Source: Octopus sinensis
Lineage: Eukaryota
Direction of reading: 5' to 3'
DNA length: 40,560 nt
NCBI RefSeq assembly: GCF_006345805.1
Contig: NW_021835488.1
Span: 1 to 40,560 of the forward strand
In this document: piece after piece, positions 34,244 to 40,560 of the stretch
Layout of the letters: every line of letters begins with the position of its first letter
Numbering within the stretch: position 1 is the stretch's first letter
Made by a program: the position numbers and the translations under genes
Notes under the pieces: generated by a model
Told to the model about the DNA's origin: nothing
What the model saw: only the letters and a program-made list of their open reading frames with translations
Databases searched by the model: none

Positions 34244-34635
34244 CTAGCAGTATCGCCCGGCGTGGCTCGGGTTTGTAAGGAAATAACTATATAAGCATTT
34301 TTAGAGATGTAAAGTATTAGCCATTCAATATGGCTAACCACAAAGCGGGGTGTTACTGTAGCTTTTTACGTTCTGAGATTTAATAATACATTTTTAGAGT
34401 GTTACTTCCCTTATATAATAGCCAAAAAATGCATTAAAAATGGGAAAAAATGATGTAATTTTTTTTTAAATCGTAGACTCATCGTAGACGCGCGCTAATA
34501 CCCAGAAGGGCTCGATATGAATCACGACTATAAGATACCAGGTTTTGGTTACACTGCACCGCAAAATGTGGGAGTAGTTAGGAATCTAAATCGTAGGAGA
34601 CAGACAGCACACAACCTCACTTTTATATATAAAGA
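34244..34635 (-). mobile_element. Non-autonomous Helitron-like element
   Basis: Minus strand A|TCTTTATATATAAAAG ... CCCGAGCCACGCCGGG hairpin ... CTAG|T; inserted at an AT dinucleotide without TSD; paralog at 37023-37419. Confidence 0.8.
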
Positions 34636-35424
34636 TATATATTGTGAGGGATTATCATTTTTCCGTGGTTTTTCTTATATTTCTAATTCCATTGAGAATA
34701 CCAAGAATAAACAGCAAGACGAGCTATTTTTTACTCTTTATATACCTCAGTGTATTTAAGCCTATGTTACAACCAATCATATTGAGGTAGTACCAGTCTA
34801 TTCATAGCCAGTAAAAATAGAAAGAGATAGAAAGAGGAGGAAAAAGAACTTCAACGATTGAGTGCAATGTTAAATCTACGTGGTGGTATCAGCCGTTACA
34901 GAAAAGTCAAAGAGTAAAACATATAAAAATACATAAATAAAATAAACCCCAAAAAATGTCTGCCAACTTGTTATGAAAATAAACCAAAAACCAAGGGAGG
35001 ATATTTGCATCTTTGGAGCACTGTCAAGTAAGTACTCTCTATTTATATTACCCAGAAGAGCAGAGGGCATAAATTTCGCGCGGAAATTACCATTCGTTTC
35101 TATGCTATATTTTGTCACTCACACCAACCAGTAGCGCTGTTATTGTTCGTGATGAAGTCGAAATATTCATAGTATGAAGTTCGCAGTTCTTTTTTTTATT
35201 TATCTATCTATCTATTTTCGGGGTCTAAGCACAAATCACAGCTGAAGATAATTAATAAGACATATATATATTTTAAGCGTTCACCCTCAAAATGGTCGAA
35301 TGTTTGCTGTCTCAAAAATAGCTGTCTACAATTCAGAGTTAAATAATAAAAAAAACTGCCTTGTCCATCAATGAGCGCGCTACCTCATCCATCAGATACT
35401 GACCAGTATCTTTTATCGTTGAAC

Positions 35425-35625
35425 TTTTACTCGTTTCGATCATTGGAGTGCGGCCATGCTTAGACACCGTCTTCAAGGTTTATTATTTTAGTCGAACAAC
35501 TCGTTCCAAGAACTTATTATATCAGTGTCTTATGTCGAACCACTAAGTTACGGGGAAGTGAAAAAGATTAACACCAGTTTTCAAATGATGGTGATGGTGG
35601 TAGGGAGAGTTCAAAACAGACACAA
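35425..35625 (-). mobile_element. Old SINE family A 3' half (a matching degenerate head lies at 35954-36110)
   Basis: GCGGCCATGCTTAGACACCG..TAGTCGAAC..CCACTAAGTTACGGGGA, followed by the (CA)n/(TA)n slot. Confidence 0.7.
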
Positions 35626-35697
<72 letters not shown>

Positions 35698-35914
35698 CAA
35701 ATTGAGATAGGGGTTGTAAATGCATTCTACTTATTATACAACATTACTCTTTTATGTACACTTTTTTATGTACATTCCTTTTTGTACACTGATTTGTTCT
35801 GCTTTTTATATTTAACCCTACAGTCTCATATATGGTGGTTTAATAAAGTATGTGATTGAGTATTATCTGGTAATTGATATTTGATTTAGATGTATTTCTC
35901 CATTTTCTTATCTT

Positions 35915-35953
<39 letters not shown>

Positions 35954-35957
<4 letters not shown>

Positions 35958-36110
35958 GGACTTCCGCGCAGTTTCTGTCTAGTAGATTCTCTTACACGGT
36001 TTTGCTCGGCCCAAGGCTATAGAAGAAGACAGTTTCCCAAGGTGCTGTGCTGTGAGACTGAACCCAAAACTAAGCGGCAGAAATGCAGTTTTCTTAACTA
36101 CACACCCATG
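35954..36110 (-). mobile_element. Degenerate SINE family A head
   Basis: CAGTTTCTGTCTA..GGCCCAAGGCTATAGAAGAAGACAGTTTCCCAAGGTG..GACTGAACCC. Confidence 0.7.
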
Positions 36111-36634
36111 CAACAAGATTCTTTTACTGGATTCAGTCATTAGAATTTGGCCATGCCGGAGCACGTCTTATAATGTAGACATAGTCAATAGATTTTTACC
36201 AATCTACTCGTGTATTTATTTTATCAAGTAAGAAATCATTATTATCAAAAATATAAAAGAAATTGTTCTTTATGTTACATACTTTGGTAAGATGCGAACC
36301 CAGACAGTAAATGTGAGTAAATTAATCGCACAAATTATTTTACTCGATACTCTACCGATTCTAAATTTCACTGCTTGAATACTGAGTGGTATTTCAGGAA
36401 CAAGAGCCCAAGAATATAGTACAATCAGTTAGACCCATGCCAATACTAGACTGATGGCAAAGACGGTGATGATGATGATGACGACGACGGGGACGATGAT
36501 GATGATAATTAGGAGGAAGGAAGTGAGGAGAGAGAGAAGAGAAGAAGGAGGTGGGAGAGGCGGATTATGATGGCAGCTAGGACGGAAGTTTATAGTCCGT
36601 ACTATATATGTGTGTGCGTGTTGTGTGTGTGTGT

Positions 36635-36669
<35 letters not shown>

Positions 36670-36671
<2 letters not shown>

Positions 36672-36850
36672 CTTTGTGTCTGTTTTGAACCCTCACCACC
36701 ACCATCACCATCATTTGAAAACTGGTGTTAGTTTTTTTTTATTTTAACTTCCCCATAACTTAGTGGTTCGACTTAAGAGACTGATATAATAAGTACCTAA
36801 CATTAAAAGCAATACAAGTTCTTGAAACGATTTGTTCGACTAAAAAATAA
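36670..36850 (+). mobile_element. Old SINE family A 3'-half fragment after (GT)n
   Basis: CATCATTTGAAAACTGGTGTTA..AACTTAGTGGTTCGAC..ACTGATATAATAAGT. Confidence 0.7.
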
Positions 36851-37022
36851 ACTTTACTGAAAACTGAACAAATACAAACAAATATTTTAGTTTTAGATAT
36901 CTCGTTGGTAGAAAAAAAAAATAATTGGTCTTGTCAGTCTCGGTGGCATTTCGGACAAATCTTCAGAGACCGCCCACCCATCTTCCGTCTACTATTTATA
37001 TAGGCCATACTTTATAGTACAA

Positions 37023-37419
37023 CTAGCAGTATCGCCCGGCGTTGCTCGGGTTTGTAAGGGAAATAACTATATAAGCATTTTTAGAGAGTTTTAGCCAAAA
37101 AATAGCAAAAAAATGCATTAAAATGGAAAAAAAATGATGGTAAATTTTTTTTTAAATCGTTGACTCATAGTAGACATTTTTAGAGAGTTACTTCCCTTAT
37201 TTAATAGCGAAAAAATGCATTAAAATGGAAAAAAAATGATGGTAATTTTTTTTAAAATCGTAGACACATCGTAGACGCGCGCTAATACCCAGAAAGGCTC
37301 GATATGAATCACGACTATAAGATACCCGCTTTTGGTTAAACTGCACCGCAAAATGTGGGAGTAGTTAGGAATCTAAATCGTAGGAGACAGACACACAACT
37401 TGACTTTTATATATAAAGA
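37023..37419 (-). mobile_element. Non-autonomous Helitron-like element with internal ~100-bp duplication
   Basis: A|TCTTTATATATAAAAG ... CCCGAGCAACGCCGGG ... CTAG|T. Confidence 0.82.
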
Positions 37420-37494
37420 TTTGCGTTATGTAAAACACACTGATTAGTGCATTAATAATTAGGTGTTTAGAATGTTTGGAAGACATACGCGATT

Positions 37495-38100
37495 TGAAAA
37501 CTGGGAATGTGAAGCAGAAATTAAAAGAAGCTATTGAATTAGCGAGAAAGTCATCTGGAAAAAAAAGAAAGTGTCAAACATAGTAACGACGATAAATATT
37601 AATATCGAAACCAGCAAAGAGATTAAAATGTTATGTATAGTCCATTCTACTATATAGAACTGAAACATGGACATTATCAAAAGTATTCTTAAATAGATTG
37701 AAAGTCTTTTATGTATGGGCATATGGAAGACTTTTGAGAATATCATGGACAGAAAAAAAATTATACAAAATTGGAGATAAAAAACTAAGAATGGAAAAAA
37801 AAAAAACTAAGACAATTTATTAGACACCATCGAAGACATAAAACTAAAATATTTTAGACATTTAATTACGAAAAAAGAAAATACAAAAGTATAAAGACAT
37901 TGAACGGAAGGCAAAATGAATGGAAAAGAGGAGGAAGTGAGAAATCAAGAATTGTGTGGATGGATAATATAAAGAATTGGACAGACTTAAAAGACAGTGA
38001 ATGGTATAAGGAGAACAGCAAAAAAAAAAAAACAAAAAAAAAAGCCGCAACGGCAATCCATAGCTTTCAAACTACTGTGAACACATGATATATGATGATA
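37495..38100 (+). pseudogene. 3' fossil of an RTE-clade LINE
   Basis: ECEAEIKR/IELARKS, LKCYV*SILLYRTETWTLSK..RLKVFYVWAYGRLLRISWTE, GKMNGKRG..SRIVWMDNIKNWTDL, then a (TGA)n-like tail. Confidence 0.8.
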
Positions 38101-38700
38101 ATTGTGACAGTGATGATATGATGATGATGATGATCACCACCACCACCAGCAACAAAACCATCATGACAATAGCAGTGATGGCGCTGGTATGGTTGTTGTT
38201 GGTAGTGAGGAGGAGGAGGAAGTGAAAGAGGTGGGCAACGATGGTGGTGATGGTGATGGTGATGGCGGTGGTGGTGGTGGTGGTGGTGGTGGTGGTGTGA
38301 TGGTGGTGGTTGTGATGGTGATGGTGATGGCGGTAGTGGTGGTGGTGGTAGTGGTGGTGGTGGTTGTGGTGGTGGTGGTTGTGATGGTGCTGGTGGTTGT
38401 GGTGGTGGTGGTTGTGGTGGTTGTTGTGGTGGTGGTGATGGTTGTTGTGATGGTGGTGGTTGTGGTGGTGGTTGTGATGGCGGCGGTGGATGTGATGGTA
38501 GCAGTAGTGGTGGTGGTGGTGGTGGTGGTTGTGGTGGTGGTGGTGGTTGTGGTGGTTGTTGTGGTGGTGGTGATGGTTGTGATGGTGGTGGTTGTGGTGG
38601 TGGTTGTGGTGGTGGTGGTGGTGATGGTTGTGGTGGTGGTGGTGGTGGTGGTGATGGTGGTGGTGGTAGTGGAGATGAGGATGACGACGACGACGATGTC
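38100..38700. repeat. Compound trinucleotide array (GAT/GGT/GTT)
   Basis: Directly visible; source of the poly-His and poly-Val ORFs. Confidence 0.95.
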
Positions 38701-39650
38701 GACGGGTAGAATGTTTGTGTAGTCGGTGTCGTCTCAGATATATTAGCAATACTCTACAGTTTTCGCACTAAATGCGATCAGCTCTCGAGAACTAAATTAA
38801 TTGTATAAGCCTAAAGAGAAAGCCTATCTTAGATATATCGTTGCCATGAAAAGATCTTCAGAGACTTTGAGACATTTGCAAAGTTTGTTTATATTTCCCA
38901 CTCGAGTCTTAACGACGCCTACCACCCCATCCATGACTACTTCTAGAGACTATCCTTGTTTTATCATAAAGACCAGGAAGTTGTTTTTGAGTTCAAATGT
39001 CAGATTTATCCTTTCACTTTTACGATTTTATGTTCCATCACTAGATCTTTCATCTTTCTGAACTTTACATTAGCATCAAATTAAAATCATGCATGACTGA
39101 ATTTCACTCTCTTCCTTAGCTACTTGTTGTCGAAACCATAATATAGCCACCACATTTACGTACATAGGATCATTAAAACTAGGACAAATGCTTCGACATA
39201 CGTGACCTCTTCGATTGAAATAAGCTAATTTTCATTAACTTTCACAAATTTTCTTTGTAAAATCCCTATGGATACTAGACTAGGTTTGACAAATTCACTA
39301 CTTATAAATACCAATTCTAACGAATTACCAAAGAATTTTGAATTTATTATCCATCTGCTTAATGATTTTAATTCTTACAAACCAAATCCCTTGAAATTTG
39401 TGACGTTCTATTGTTTTGAAAACTAACTGTATCTTTCTTTAAGCTAACTTGTGTAAATCCCCGCTAGTTAATAATTTATATGTAGTTTTAAGATTTGCTA
39501 CATTTAGTTATGCTTTAAATTCAAATCCTGCTGTGGGGGTCAACTGTGTTTTTGAACCTTTCACGTTCTTCAAAATATAGTGAACAAAATTTAATCGACT
39601 GTTACTTCTCTCCAAAATGTGTAACCCCGTACCTATCATTTTTTTTCATC

Positions 39651-39873
39651 ATTTTATCTAGTTTCAGCTCACGAGCTGTGACCATGCTGGGGCACCGCCA
39701 TTATATATATATACGACGGGTTTTTCGGTTTCCGTCTACCAAATCCACTCACAAGGCTTTGGTCGGCCCGAAGCTATAGTAAGAGACACTTGCCCAAGGT
39801 GCCACGCGGCGGGACTGAACCCGGAGTCATGTTGTTGGTAAGCAAGCTACTTACAACACAGCCACCCTGCGCC
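39651..39873 (-). mobile_element. Short-form SINE family A: head, (TA)n and LINE-type tail only
   Basis: Family A head runs through ATATATATATAAT directly into GGCGGTGCCCCAGCATGGTCACAGCTCGTGAGCTGAAACTAG. Confidence 0.85.
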
Positions 39874-40384
39874 TGTTAGATATTATATCATAACAGTGGT
39901 TAATAAACCCGGAGTTAAACCCTAAATAAGCCAACAGTCACCCAGGTGGCTAAACTCTGTGACCACCGCACAAATTCCGAACAGCTTCAACGAAACACGC
40001 ATTTTCAAAGAAAAAAATGGCAATAAAGAAAACAAATGAAACAAAAAACAAATTTTCAACCATTGCCTTAGTATCCATACGTCGAGGAAAAATTACTGTA
40101 GCTGTTTGAACAATGTTATAGCAGTACCAGAAAACTTAATCACCAGCTTCTAAACGATCGATATAGTATTGTACATTATGAACAACTACAGCTGGTTGTA
40201 TTCACCAAGCAAGTCATAGTCGGGAGAAGGAAGCGTACTTTGTAGGCACTGAATACTCTGGCACCAGCTAATTCTGTTGGATAAGACGTACTCGGAGTAC
40301 TGTCGTTACGATAAAGAGAACCCAATACTCGATACTTGTGGAGTAATAATTTTGCATATACAACTAGATGGTTCTACGCCTCGT

Positions 40385-40560
40385 TATTTTATTTACTCTT
40401 TTACTTGTTTCAGTCATTTGACTTCGGCCATGCTGGAGCACCGCCTTTAGTCGAGCAAATCGATCTCGGGACTTATTCTTTGTAAGCCCAGTACTTATTC
40501 TATCGGTCTCTTTTGCCGAACCGCTAAGTAACGGGGACGTAAACAACACCAGCATCAGTT
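40385..40560 (-). mobile_element. SINE family A 3' half, continuing beyond the window
   Basis: TTTTACTTGTTTCAGTCATTTGAC..CATGCTGGAGCACCGCC..GCCGAACCGCTAAG. Confidence 0.9.

Noticed and set aside
38072-38749. 225-aa poly-His and 177-aa poly-Val ORFs
   Set aside because: Both are readings of the same trinucleotide array; no splice or domain support

Overview
AT-rich, repeat-dominated eukaryotic DNA with no recognisable host protein-coding gene. The SINE families and microsatellite style point to an octopod cephalopod (Octopus), which is my inference from family recognition. Contents: about 20 full or partial tRNA-derived SINE copies in four modular families (my labels A, B, B', C); a 5'-truncated, internally deleted CR1-type LINE (30506-33786, minus); RTE and R4/Dong-type retrotransposon fossils; a deleted mariner with a snap-back palindrome; a pogo/Tigger-like element; Helitron-like non-autonomous elements; a ~575-bp foldback element; Penelope-like fragments carrying hammerhead-ribozyme-like motifs; and many microsatellites, including a 2.3-kb (TA)-based array. 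Nearly all ORFs in the supplied track are microsatellite or TE artefacts. The two strongest leads are (1) a 3' tail shared between the CR1-type LINE and SINE family A, with compensatory base changes in a terminal stem-loop, and (2) microsatellite-embedded Penelope-like units whose hammerhead core lacks the canonical A6. Element boundaries were read by eye and are approximate to a few bases unless termini are quoted.
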